In this document: positions 1 to 8,387 of the stretch, piece by piece
Layout: each line of letters starts with the position of its first letter
How positions within the stretch are numbered: position 1 is the stretch's first letter
DNA from: Nitrosopumilales archaeon
Lineage (GTDB): Archaea; Thermoproteota; Nitrososphaeria; Nitrososphaerales; Nitrososphaeraceae
Assembly: GCA_044507735.1 (NCBI GenBank)
Contig: JBIQJB010000036.1
Coordinates: 1 to 17,130, forward strand
Length of the DNA: 17,130 bases
Reading direction: 5' to 3'
Position numbers and translations under genes: made by a program
Notes under the pieces: generated by a model
Database searches by the model: none
Seen by the model: only the letters and a program-made list of their open reading frames with translations
What the model was told of the DNA's origin: nothing

Positions 1-498
1 GTTCAAGACGAGGACTGGCCGGACAATCCTTGCCTTGACACTCCTCCCTATTCAAGAGAATATCTACTGCAAGTTTGGCAGCAATATTACGAATACAAAG
101 GCAAAGACTGGATGGAAGCAAAGAAGGCAGAAATGGATGCGGCAATCATGAAGGGCACGCTGAGAGAATGGGTGGAAACGCGCAGTTCTCCAAACAACTT
201 TACCAACTATAACGTCTGGCGCTATTACAATTTGATCGGGGATGCACCAGATGCCTATGGTTCTCCATTGTCGCCGTCCCAGATAGAAGATTGCAGAAAA
301 CTTGGTATCGAGCTATCAGTCTGCAGCGATGCTGCAATACTGGCCAGACAACGCATCCACGTGCCCGTAATTTCAGATGAAGAACAAAGAATCATGCAAG
401 ATCAACAGAATGCTATCAATAGCTCGATGTACATGATTGGCATTGGAGCTGCAGTGGCCGGAGTGGTCGCATTCATAACTTTGCGAAGGATAAGGTAG
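1..498 (+). CDS. 5'-truncated conserved hypothetical membrane-anchored protein (thaumarchaeal-type)
   Basis: Frame 1 is open from base 1 (VQDEDWPDNPCLDTPPYSREYLLQVWQQYYEYKGKDW-MEAKK...), so the gene starts upstream of the window. It ends in a hydrophobic helix plus a basic tail (MYMIGIGAAVAGVVAFITLRRIR). Confidence 0.8.
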   Translation, partial: VQDEDWPDNPCLDTPPYSREYLLQVWQQYYEYKGKDWMEAKKAEMDAAIMKGTLREWVETRSSPNNFTNYNVWRYYNLIGDAPDAYGSPLSPSQIEDCRKLGIELSVCSDAAILARQRIHVPVISDEEQRIMQDQQNAINSSMYMIGIGAAVAGVVAFITLRRIR

Positions 499-750
499 CC
501 AAAGGCTCATGAGTGACAGATGTCGAGTCTGCAACCCTCTGAAAATTTTCTCTTATTTCATAGACGTGATAACCATTGTGCGTCCAAGCGATCCTGTTAG
601 CGGAATTAGCAAGCACTAGCGAATTTCGAACATGCGATCCCGTGTCAAGTTAAGCTCGTTCTGGTTATCTAGAGCCGGAAAAAATCCAATTCTGGCAAAT
701 AATGAATCTGTTCGCAATCGAGCCGGCGAAAACATTAAGTGATGGCGGCT

Positions 751-769
751 TCCCTTTTATGGAAAGGGA
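751..769. promoter_or_regulatory. 7-bp inverted repeat (TCCCTTT-N5-AAAGGGA) just upstream of the 778 gene
   Basis: Perfect palindrome arms seen directly. It overlaps TTTTAT (755-760) and ends 8 nt before ATG 778. Confidence 0.35.
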
Positions 770-777
770 CTTAACAT

Positions 778-996
778 ATGGTCAGAAAATTTGAAGACTG
801 GTGGAAAACCGTTCCTGAGGATCTAAAGTCAAAGGCTCGAAAAGGTGACGAGGCTAACAAGCCACTGCTCAACCAGATAAACTATGTGCTCCTGCACCTG
901 CACCTGGCTGGCAAGCACGACCTAAAGCCAACTCACGAAGAGCTCAAGGACTGGCTGCACAGTGGCCAGGTTGACGTCCTCCGCATGAACAAGTAA
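778..996 (+). CDS. Conserved small hypothetical protein (72 aa)
   Basis: ATG-started ORF with protein-like composition (FEDWW...NQINYVLLHLH...HEELKDWLHSGQVDV), followed immediately by an oligo-T tract. Confidence 0.85.
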   Translation: MVRKFEDWWKTVPEDLKSKARKGDEANKPLLNQINYVLLHLHLAGKHDLKPTHEELKDWLHSGQVDVLRMNK

Positions 997-997
997 C

Positions 998-1017
998 TTT
1001 TTTCTTTTCTTATTTTT
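998..1017 (+). terminator. Archaeal oligo-T terminator
   Basis: TTTTTTCTTTTCTTATTTTT directly after the stop at 996, between convergent genes. Confidence 0.6.
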
Positions 1018-1065
1018 GTACGGCTCACATGGTTGATGGTTAAGGCTTTTGCCGGCTTACAATAG

Positions 1066-2313
1066 CTAATTTACAAATACGGAATAGCTGGTTACTGCGA
1101 AAGGAACATCTGACTTGTCATTCAGCCATGTTACGATGGTGTAGACGCCTTCTCTGTCTGCAATTGATTCAATGCTAAAGCGGATATCGATAAAGCCGGA
1201 GCTTTCATGCCAGTTCGAGACGGGAATGTTTTCTATCTCTTGATAATGCCATCCCGGCGGAGCAACACCAGCTATTACTTCGCCCAATGAGTAATAGCCT
1301 TGGTTCCTGTAGCGCTCATAGACCGATTCCGTCGGGTATTCATCATAGAATATGTTTATTCCGTAAAGTTCGGTGTCCGGAGGAAGAAAGCCGGTGAGCT
1401 GAATGTTCTCGCCATCCCGGGTTATTGGCGAAATGAATCTTATGTAGTTGTCTTCAAAATTCTGAACAATCACAAACGTATAATCATCATAGGCAATGCC
1501 AATACTCACATGTGTGTGGCGTGGGTGAAGAATATTGTCTCGATGTCCCCAATCAGAATCGGCATCATCGTACATCATTCCATACTCAATAGCATCTATC
1601 TCTCCAAAGGGATCTATTCTATCACACCTGTAAAATCCAGAAGTGCAATCTTCATAGTATGACATATCGCCAGAAGCACCCACATTTTGGCCCATGTGAC
1701 CAGTGCCTCCAAGTCTAGAGTAGGTCATGTAGGGCTTTTCGCCGTTTGTCATCCAGTGCGATATCTGTCTTGTTTTCAAAACATCTTCTGCATGAACTTG
1801 AGCTGCATCATTATTGCTTAGCTCAACAGGTGGCAGTCCAAACTTTCCCCTGTCTTCATTGATCTTCTCTAGCGCATACTTGCGAAGTTCATCAAGTGAT
1901 GGCTTTTCTTGGTTGATAATGTTCGTGATGAGCGGAATAATATTCGTTAGTGGTTTGTTATCTTCCTCAACGTTTTCTGCACTGTCTGATGATTGCTGAG
2001 TTGTAGGCTGCGAGAGTTCAGGGGCAGACGGTCTAATTTCATCTGCCTCTTCTGCACTGTCTGATGATTGCTGTGTTGTAGGCTGCAAGAGACCGGGTGT
2101 TGGCTCATTATCCGCACTAATCGCATTATCCAATCCAAGCTGATCGGTAATGGAACTGGAAAATGATGGATAAAGAACAATAACTGCAATGATTGCGGCT
2201 GCGCCTACGCCCGCTCCAATCCCTATCTTCTTGGATCGCCTGCTGCGTTGGCATCTGCTGCAATTACACCTGTTGTCATGATATTTCTCCGCCAAGCTGG
2301 GGTTAGGCAGCAA
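1066..2313 (-). CDS. CAP (SCP/PR-1-like) domain protein with N-terminal membrane anchor; start may be TTG 2295
   Basis: CAP motifs INEDR..GLPPV, AAQVHAEDV..ISH, GQNV, WGHRDNIL and THVSIGIA. It has a TM helix (IGIGAGVGAAAIIAVIVLY), a Ser/Gln/Pro linker and an N-terminal RCNCSRC. ATATATA at about 2325-2331 fits a start at TTG 2295 better than at 2313. Confidence 0.85.
   Translation of the reverse strand: MLPNPSLAEKYHDNRCNCSRCQRSRRSKKIGIGAGVGAAAIIAVIVLYPSFSSSITDQLGLDNAISADNEPTPGLLQPTTQQSSDSAEEADEIRPSAPELSQPTTQQSSDSAENVEEDNKPLTNIIPLITNIINQEKPSLDELRKYALEKINEDRGKFGLPPVELSNNDAAQVHAEDVLKTRQISHWMTNGEKPYMTYSRLGGTGHMGQNVGASGDMSYYEDCTSGFYRCDRIDPFGEIDAIEYGMMYDDADSDWGHRDNILHPRHTHVSIGIAYDDYTFVIVQNFEDNYIRFISPITRDGENIQLTGFLPPDTELYGINIFYDEYPTESVYERYRNQGYYSLGEVIAGVAPPGWHYQEIENIPVSNWHESSGFIDIRFSIESIADREGVYTIVTWLNDKSDVPFAVTSYSVFVN
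1975..2086. repeat. 37-bp direct repeat pair (1975-2011 and 2050-2086) encoding QPTTQQSSDSAE twice
   Basis: TTCTGCACTGTCTGATGATTGCTG(A/T)GTTGTAGGCTGC, one mismatch, 75-bp in-frame period. Confidence 0.9.
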
Positions 2314-2541
2314 TTAGCTTTGGATATATATGATTGGTCTACAAGTCTTGACAACTCTGCTCGAACAAGCTCGCCAAATTTCCCTGTGTTGCCGAGTCTG
2401 CCTGTCAAATTGGACACCATGTGCTTTCTTCGCCGTCCAATAAAGCAAGTTCTTACATTGCGAACACACAGTTAGAAAAGGAACACTCATTTCACATTAT
2501 TCTTCCTTCAAGTATTCATTGAATGGTGGCTATTTGCATCC

Positions 2542-2877
2542 ATGTCAAAGAGGCATCCAGATCACGAGGGTTCTGGGTACGGCATTTCGCCCCACATGAA
2601 AGGAGTCGCCCTGAGTATCCTAGTAGTTGGAATATCTCTGGCTGCCGTAATCATCACTTGGGCAACGATAGGCTACCAAGGACCAAGCTTCTCCACGAAC
2701 GTGATGCAGAGACAACAGGCAGAGCTGCGCGAGAGGTATGGTCTCCCACCAGCGCCACAGCTGAGTCCAGAGCAACTTGAAATTCCTCCCTCCTTGCGAA
2801 ACCTCTCTGAATCAGGTACATCAATTGCGAGTGAAAACAGCACCAATGGTACATCTGGCAGCATGCGACCTACGTGA
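2542..2877 (+). CDS. Conserved hypothetical single-TM membrane protein
   Basis: One TM helix (VALSILVVGISLAAVIITW), then QQAELRERYGLPP..LEIPPSLRN and an S/T/N-rich tail. Confidence 0.75.
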   Translation: MSKRHPDHEGSGYGISPHMKGVALSILVVGISLAAVIITWATIGYQGPSFSTNVMQRQQAELRERYGLPPAPQLSPEQLEIPPSLRNLSESGTSIASENSTNGTSGSMRPT

Positions 2878-3076
2878 CAGGGATTGCAATTAGCCAGTTC
2901 TCAACAAATAACTGGTAGATGATGTGCTGGTGAAAGAAATGTGAATTGCTTTTAGGGCATCAGGAAATCTGTAGACGTGCTGCAAGCGCAGTCGTGATAA
3001 GGAAAAGATGATGAAGATTCAAGAAAAAGGAAGAGGGGTTTGACCTAGCCCCGCAGGAACAAGAGGTGGACGAAAC

Positions 3077-3766
3077 CTATTGCGGCCCTGCAGTCATGTT
3101 CTGGCCGCTAGACATGGCTGTTCCTGTCATGTTCTGGTGCATCATCCCGCCGTGCTCCATAGTCTTCTGGCCTGGGCCCAGAATTATGCCATACATCGGG
3201 GTGATGCCAAAGTGATTGTCGCTCTGAACTGGGTTTACCCAGATCTCTATTTTGCTATTTTGCAGTGTAATGAATCCATGAACATTATCATGAGGCTCGC
3301 CCTGCAGAGTCAGAGAAAATGTGCCATTGATTGTGGTAGCGTTCTGTCCACTGTGTGTGACATCTGTTTGTGTAAAGTTGGAAATTTCATGTTCGTGCGT
3401 TGCGGTGCCATTTGTCACAAGTACCATCTGAACAGTTGCGCGGAAATCGGTAACGTTTGCCTGTGTGCTGTTGTCAAACAAGTCACCGTCTGACTGAAGC
3501 GTCCAGTGTCCAGCAGTTATCCACGTGGGTGCGGCAGCTTGGTCAGCCTGAAGACTCGCTATTACACCAGACAGCGTGTTGTTACTTGAAGTTGTGGTGG
3601 TAGCATTTCCATCTGTCGTTTGTGCCGTTGCGTTCATCTGTCTTGTCGGGCCCTGGGTTTGTGTTTGGTTCGCCACTTGGGCAAAGGAGGCAGTGGCGGA
3701 TCCAACGACTGTCAAGACCAGTGCCCCTGCTATCAATGCGGTAAGAATAGATTTTGTTCTAGTCAT
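3077..3766 (-). CDS. Secreted hypothetical protein (Nitrososphaera-type)
   Basis: Signal peptide ending ASFA-Q, Thr-rich linker, motifs GHWTL, THEHEISNF and NHFGITPMYG, many N-x-S/T sequons and a Met/His-rich tail. Confidence 0.85.
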   Translation of the reverse strand: MTRTKSILTALIAGALVLTVVGSATASFAQVANQTQTQGPTRQMNATAQTTDGNATTTTSSNNTLSGVIASLQADQAAAPTWITAGHWTLQSDGDLFDNSTQANVTDFRATVQMVLVTNGTATHEHEISNFTQTDVTHSGQNATTINGTFSLTLQGEPHDNVHGFITLQNSKIEIWVNPVQSDNHFGITPMYGIILGPGQKTMEHGGMMHQNMTGTAMSSGQNMTAGPQ

Positions 3767-4342
3767 GCAACCAATGATAAGAAACCAAAGTTAAGCATTG
3801 TATAATATTTTAAAGTCTTCTTGTTACGGAAAAAAGCAACTGCAATAGATGCTAAAAGTTACTTCAGTCACCAGGGACATCGCAACCACTCTGGCATGAT
3901 TTGCAATATGGCAGAATTGCCTCCCACGAACGCCTTGATAATGCCATTACTGACCTCTCCTTTGGTCCATCTATGCCACCTGCAGATATCTTATCTCCTG
4001 TCACGTCTGCTACAGGTCCCAGCTATGCTCTATCCAATATCTGCGTGTTCTTGAATATTGTTGATTCCTCTCATAATCTCTTATGGTATTTCCGACTGGG
4101 AAGTGTATCCATGTCGGTGACCGAATTTTCAACACATGTGTGCAGGTATGATGTTCAAGAAACTCTGGCTCGCGTTTGATAGCCGATTACAACGGATTCT
4201 TTGATCTGAAAGAACTCTTGATTCATCTTGAAATGCCCTTTCGTTTGTTGGTTTCATAATATTCCATTATTCTGATAAACTGAAACATGTGATGCTAAGT
4301 ATGCTTTCGAATCTTTAAGTTCGATTTCCTGTACAACGCTTT

Positions 4343-4975
4343 GTGACCTCGCTAAGAGCTGGAGAAGTAAAATCTCCTTCCTGGATAAGGGCTCTACAGA
4401 TTGGCATAGGTGCCTTGGCAATCGGGCTATCAATTTCCGCAATAATCTATCCTATTATCACAGCCGTGGCAGTATTTTATGCCGCGGCAATAATCTTGTT
4501 GTTATTTGGCATAGAGCAGGTTGTAACGGGGATATTCCTGTACAAGGAATCGCGGCTTGCGCATATCGGTCTTGGGGTATTGGTAATAATTCTCGCGAGT
4601 CTTGTCATGGCATTCCCGGTAGCTACTGCCATTTTCGTCGTATGGCTGTCAGCATTTGCCCTGCTGTTTGGCGGCATATCGAGCATAATAGCCGGTATCT
4701 GGTCAAAAAAGAGGAGGGTATACTACGTTGCAAATGGAAGAGAGGCATACTATGTCGCTGACAAGAGCTCAAGAGCCTTGAGCATAGCAGCAGGCGTGCT
4801 AGCTATTGCCCTGTCTGTTGCAACAATGGCGTTTCCAGTATTTGGAGTAGAGCTTGCCGGCATCTTAATTGGAATTGGACTCTTGTTCTACGGCATTAGG
4901 CTAGTTGTAAGCGGAGTAAATGGAAGGGGTAAGGCTACAACCTCGGCAGCATCAACTGAAACAACGGTGGCATAG
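4343..4975 (+). CDS. HdeD/DUF308-family membrane protein
   Basis: Six hydrophobic helices in repeated hairpins (G..AI..S...I.YP; GVL.IILA..V.AFP; AGVLAIALS....FP). TTTAAG at 4314-4319 supports the GTG start. Confidence 0.85.
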   Translation: MTSLRAGEVKSPSWIRALQIGIGALAIGLSISAIIYPIITAVAVFYAAAIILLLFGIEQVVTGIFLYKESRLAHIGLGVLVIILASLVMAFPVATAIFVVWLSAFALLFGGISSIIAGIWSKKRRVYYVANGREAYYVADKSSRALSIAAGVLAIALSVATMAFPVFGVELAGILIGIGLLFYGIRLVVSGVNGRGKATTSAASTETTVA

Positions 4976-4980
4976 CAAGC

Positions 4981-5250
4981 ATGACAGGAAGTCAAAAGAA
5001 GGACAAACTTTGGAGGCTGCAGAGACACTCGGTCACGCTGGGATATCATGTTGCCACGGGCACAGCCGTTATCTCATTCTTAATCTCCATGGTCTATTCC
5101 GCACAGGTCTCTTTTAACAAGTTCCTGACATGGACAGGAATGGTGCGTCATAATTCCATGTTTCATAACATGATTGCAGGCACGTATCCTCAAACAAATT
5201 TAGCTACGACTCGCTGGCTTGGTGGCCTACAGAATATGGTGGTGGTCTGA
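4981..5250 (+). CDS. Hypothetical protein (doubtful)
   Basis: ATG 5 nt after the HdeD-like stop, one hydrophobic stretch, no recognisable motif. Confidence 0.3.
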   Translation: MTGSQKKDKLWRLQRHSVTLGYHVATGTAVISFLISMVYSAQVSFNKFLTWTGMVRHNSMFHNMIAGTYPQTNLATTRWLGGLQNMVVV

Positions 5251-5425
5251 CATTTCCAGTATAGGGAGAGAGCACACAAAGGCGCAAGAGTCCGCACCGG
5301 CTGCGGAAAATGTAGGACTAACCTCTGAAGAAAGCAAGAGCTGGACTGGCATAATATTATACCTGCCAAGAGACTCGCCAGAGCTCGCTAAAGTGATAGA
5401 GGATGAACATGCCGAAGATACATAG
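5219..5425 (+). CDS. Hypothetical small acidic protein (doubtful; start uncertain)
   Basis: Protein-like C-terminal part (WTGIILYLPRDSPELAKVIEDE), no family recognised. Confidence 0.3.
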   Translation: MVAYRIWWWSDISSIGREHTKAQESAPAAENVGLTSEESKSWTGIILYLPRDSPELAKVIEDEHAEDT

Positions 5426-5587
5426 ATAGTCTGTAGTTTCAAGCTACTTTGCATTTTGCCAAGTTCAAAATGCATACCTTCGCATGGCACCACCGTACGG
5501 AAGGTTTACTCTGGGCTTTGCCAAGCGTGAGAAATCTTGTGTCAGAATTTGCTCGTGTCCCTGATTCTTGTACAAGTCTCTGAATCA

Positions 5588-6193
5588 TCAAGTCTGAGCA
5601 TCTCTGTACTTCATTAGCTGGGCCGCAGTGAGAAAGGGTGATTTCTGTTCAGACACTATCCGGACTTGTTTCATAATCTTCTCCTCTGCTTCCACATATG
5701 CCAGGACAAGCAATTCTTCAATCTCTTTGGTTTCATCGTCATTATCAGCAGTTGCACCGCTGTCTGCATTTCCCTGTCTGTTGAGTAACTCAAAAGACAG
5801 CTTGTAGAATCTTGAAATCAGTCTTGACGTCTCTAGATACAGCGGAATAACGCTTTTTGGCAAGTAGCTTTCCTTCCTGCTTCCTGATGTCTGTGGGCTT
5901 TGATAGATCTCGTCCAGTTGAGAAATTAGGGATTTTGAACTAGTCTTGACAATTATGATGTCTTTCTTGTAACCGTTATCAATCAACCACTCTAATGCCC
6001 TTACCAATGCGGTATATGTGGCAACATTGCTACTGGCTAAAGGTAAGTGGTTGATTGGACTCTCAGCAAGTCCACATGCTTCATGCAGCAGGTGGCCTTC
6101 TTTGTTTCTGATAACATAAGCATGGCATGCAAAGCCACCAAATTGTTTATGCATAGACGGACCCAGTATGCGGACTGAGATTGTCTCCTTCAT
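5588..6193 (-). CDS. RNase HI-like protein with degenerate active site
   Basis: Matches the archaeal RNase HI pattern GG.A..AYVI / SNVA.Y.AL..ALEWL / I.V...S..LI.QL / KE..EL...AY, but the catalytic D/E/D residues are replaced. ATG 6193 is preferred over GTG 6214. Confidence 0.75.
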   Translation of the reverse strand: MKETISVRILGPSMHKQFGGFACHAYVIRNKEGHLLHEACGLAESPINHLPLASSNVATYTALVRALEWLIDNGYKKDIIIVKTSSKSLISQLDEIYQSPQTSGSRKESYLPKSVIPLYLETSRLISRFYKLSFELLNRQGNADSGATADNDDETKEIEELLVLAYVEAEEKIMKQVRIVSEQKSPFLTAAQLMKYRDAQT

Positions 6194-6565
6194 CAGAATG
6201 TTTCTGCATTTCACTCATTTAATGCAACCTGCACTCACACTCGCTTCTTTGGCCTTCTGTGCATTCCTCTGGCGGCACGCTGGTCCGACTTCATGACACC
6301 ACAAACGTCCCGTCAGTCTTGGATAATGTTCTGGACATCTTACTATCTATGCATATTCCTTTGTGAAAGGAATCGAGAACCACAAGGAAGCGCTCGGATC
6401 AATGCAAAGCCAGTTCCTACAGGATGGCCATGATGATGATAATACAAAATCAAAGAGCTTGGCCACTGGATAAGAGATTATTGGGTGATGTCGAACATGG
6501 CGAGATGTATCTGCCATACTTTACGCTATCTACAAGTAAGGTACGAAAAGGGAGGGGAGACCCAC

Positions 6566-6730
6566 CTAGTATGCGTGAATCTCCTTCTTGTGCGACCTCA
6601 GCTCCTTGAAAGACTTGTGAAGAGAGCTGCAGATGTCGCATTTCCAGTGGACCAAGAAGCCAACGCCGCTGTCAACAATAATTCGATTGATGACGTTTCT
6701 CTTCTTGGTTTTGCTACTATTGTTCTTCAT
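6566..6730 (-). CDS. C2H2 zinc-finger microprotein (54 aa; not in ORF track)
   Basis: Manual translation MKNNSSKTKKRNVINRIIVDSGVGFLVHWKCDICSSLHKSFKELRSHKKEIHAY* contains C-x2-C-x12-H-x4-H. TATTAAAA lies about 25-32 nt upstream. Confidence 0.8.
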   Translation of the reverse strand: MKNNSSKTKKRNVINRIIVDSGVGFLVHWKCDICSSLHKSFKELRSHKKEIHAY

Positions 6731-6946
6731 TTCTGAAATGAGGATTCATTATCATTTTAATACTTTTTGAGGGTACAAAGCTATCAGAGTTCGCTTACTT
6801 GGCAATTGTTTCCAATCGTTGTTACATTGGTATCCCAGATTGCTGAGAATGTGCTATTTACACATAAGGGGATTAACAAAGTAATAATCAAGACTCCTGC
6901 ACAGATTATAGACAACTTTAAGTTCGACATACGCCGTTATAACTTA

Positions 6947-7099
6947 ATGGCCGACGCTATGTTCATGTATGCTGTGGCAACCGGAATGTTTGTCTTTCTT
7001 GCCGCAATATTGTTTGGGGCGAGAGCAAAGCGGTACAGTGGAGGATGGACGCCTGACGGGATGACCAGATCCGAACATGGAGCAAGTGCGGAAGACTGA
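6947..7099 (+). CDS. Small single-TM protein (50 aa)
   Basis: MADAMFMYAVATGMFVFLAAILFGARAKRY... TTTAAG at 6917-6922 is about 25 nt upstream of ATG 6947, which argues against the longer 6767 start. Confidence 0.65.
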   Translation: MADAMFMYAVATGMFVFLAAILFGARAKRYSGGWTPDGMTRSEHGASAED

Positions 7100-7390
7100 T
7101 CGAATTCCTTTCTTGACGGTCTCACCCATTCCATGCCGCACACGTGTGCGTCTCGGATCCTTGCACTGAAAGAAAATTGCCTTTGGCAAGGGCGCGCGGG
7201 CTGCAGGCAAGCAATGTTGCCGATTTCTGCTGCTGCAGCAATATCTTGTGGCTGTTCTTTTTATCGTCACTACACATTCAATAATCTAGAGCAAAATCTG
7301 ACGGATAAAGTGCCCTGAAAAGTTGATCAGCTTGCAGGAGTCAATCATGATTCTCAAGTGCTTAAATTTCATAGAAAATAATGATGAGAA

Positions 7391-7552
7391 ATGAATTGCG
7401 AAGCATCACCCGAAGCAATTTGCGCTTGCAAAACATGTAATCATGATCTTGCAAGGGATTGCCTGAAAGCCGGCTGCGCCTGCTGCAGCAAGAGCAGTCA
7501 TTCCATGGTGATGGACGGAATTGAAGGATTTCCCCACACGGGGTCAAAGTAG
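7391..7552 (+). CDS. Cys-rich metal-binding microprotein, metallothionein-like (53 aa; not in ORF track)
   Basis: MNCEASPEAICACKTCNHDLARDCLKAGCACCSKSSHSMVMDGIEGFPHTGSK* has 8 Cys and 3 His. CTTAAA at 7361-7366 is about 25 nt upstream. Confidence 0.75.
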   Translation: MNCEASPEAICACKTCNHDLARDCLKAGCACCSKSSHSMVMDGIEGFPHTGSK

Positions 7553-7815
7553 CAAATTGAGAGATCCGGGGAGTTGATTTGTTGTATGTGGTGACAGGAA
7601 ATTTTGGTAAAGAGCAAGCGGTCCAAATTCCCGGTGCCGGCCAATACTTGCGAGCTAGGATATTTACATGTAGAGGTTCGCTCTAACTCGATCGTTTCTG
7701 GGTTCCAAGCTCAGCCGATGCTTCAATTGTTGATGCAGTATCTTGGCACCATTGTTGCTATCATCTTGCTTCCTCCGCGACGGCATTATTGACCGCCCTA
7801 TCTCTGGTCATGCCG

Positions 7816-8382
7816 CTATAATACCTGCCCCACCGATTTTTCTAGGTCTGCCATATTCTGGTATTCTCTGTCGGGAATTCTATCCAGCACGCCAGCGATG
7901 CTCTGGGGGTCAGCAACTCCAGCTGTTGTCATCTGCTTCTGAGCGTATCTCTTCAGCTCATCCTTTCGCATGGGAAAGTGCGCCCCTGAGAGGACCTTGG
8001 CAACCGCCGCGGCCGACACCGACTTTGTGGCCGCTGCTCTTCCGCCGATTGTGCCCGGTGATTCTGTCTGGGCGACCTCTCCCGCGCTCCTGATTCGTCG
8101 ATCTTGCTTGACCTCTCCAAGCGCCACTGCAACATCTGCCGCATCTCGATATTGCCGGTCCGGAAGGGACCTGATCATTTCTGCCAGATGTTCGTCAGAA
8201 ATCCTGCCTGTAGCATAATTGACAAGCTCTTCTTTCGTCTTTGGGTACTGTATGCCTGACAATGCCCGCTCAAGGTCGGCCGCAGAAGGTGCCCTTTCTG
8301 GGTGCGAAGTCTCCATGTGTCTGTCAAGCCTGGACTTTTGTTCAAAGCCATCGCCACATATTTCACAGGTAAATTGCGGCAT
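7816..8382 (-). CDS. C2H2 zinc finger plus two DUF2795-like domains
   Basis: FTCEICGDGFEQKSRLDRHMETSH followed by two copies of LSG..[YF]P..K.EL..YA...[LI]PDR.Y...AD. A GAGGTGA Shine-Dalgarno sits in the end of the upstream gene. Confidence 0.85.
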   Translation of the reverse strand: MPQFTCEICGDGFEQKSRLDRHMETSHPERAPSAADLERALSGIQYPKTKEELVNYATGRISDEHLAEMIRSLPDRQYRDAADVAVALGEVKQDRRIRSAGEVAQTESPGTIGGRAAATKSVSAAAVAKVLSGAHFPMRKDELKRYAQKQMTTAGVADPQSIAGVLDRIPDREYQNMADLEKSVGQVL

Positions 8383-8387
8383 GGCCG

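Noticed and set aside
509-619. 36-aa ORF starting MSDRCRVC
   Set aside because: A single CxxC with no second ligand pair is compatible with chance.
1975-2086. 37-bp repeats with a 38-bp spacer resemble a mini-CRISPR
   Set aside because: Only two copies, in frame inside a coding linker, not palindromic, and no cas genes in the window.
3821-4260. Overlapping short ORFs (3821-4054, 3901-4179) and minus-strand fragments
   Set aside because: No motif or convincing start signal. This may be intergenic DNA or a decayed gene, but I cannot support either.
6215-6340. Minus-strand Cys-containing fragments (ECTEGQRSECECRLH) upstream of the RNase H-like gene
   Set aside because: Interrupted by a stop and lacking a clear start, so it cannot be called a gene or a pseudogene.
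6424-6736. Track ORFs 6424-6609, 6450-6641 and 6485-6736
   Set aside because: They overlap the better-supported C2H2 microprotein at 6566-6730 and have no motifs.
7133-7318. 61-aa Cys-containing ORF
   Set aside because: The Cys spacing is not motif-like and there is no clear promoter; likely spurious.
7604-7792. 62-aa plus-strand ORF and a 40-aa minus-strand ORF downstream of the DUF2795 operon
   Set aside because: No recognisable features on either strand.
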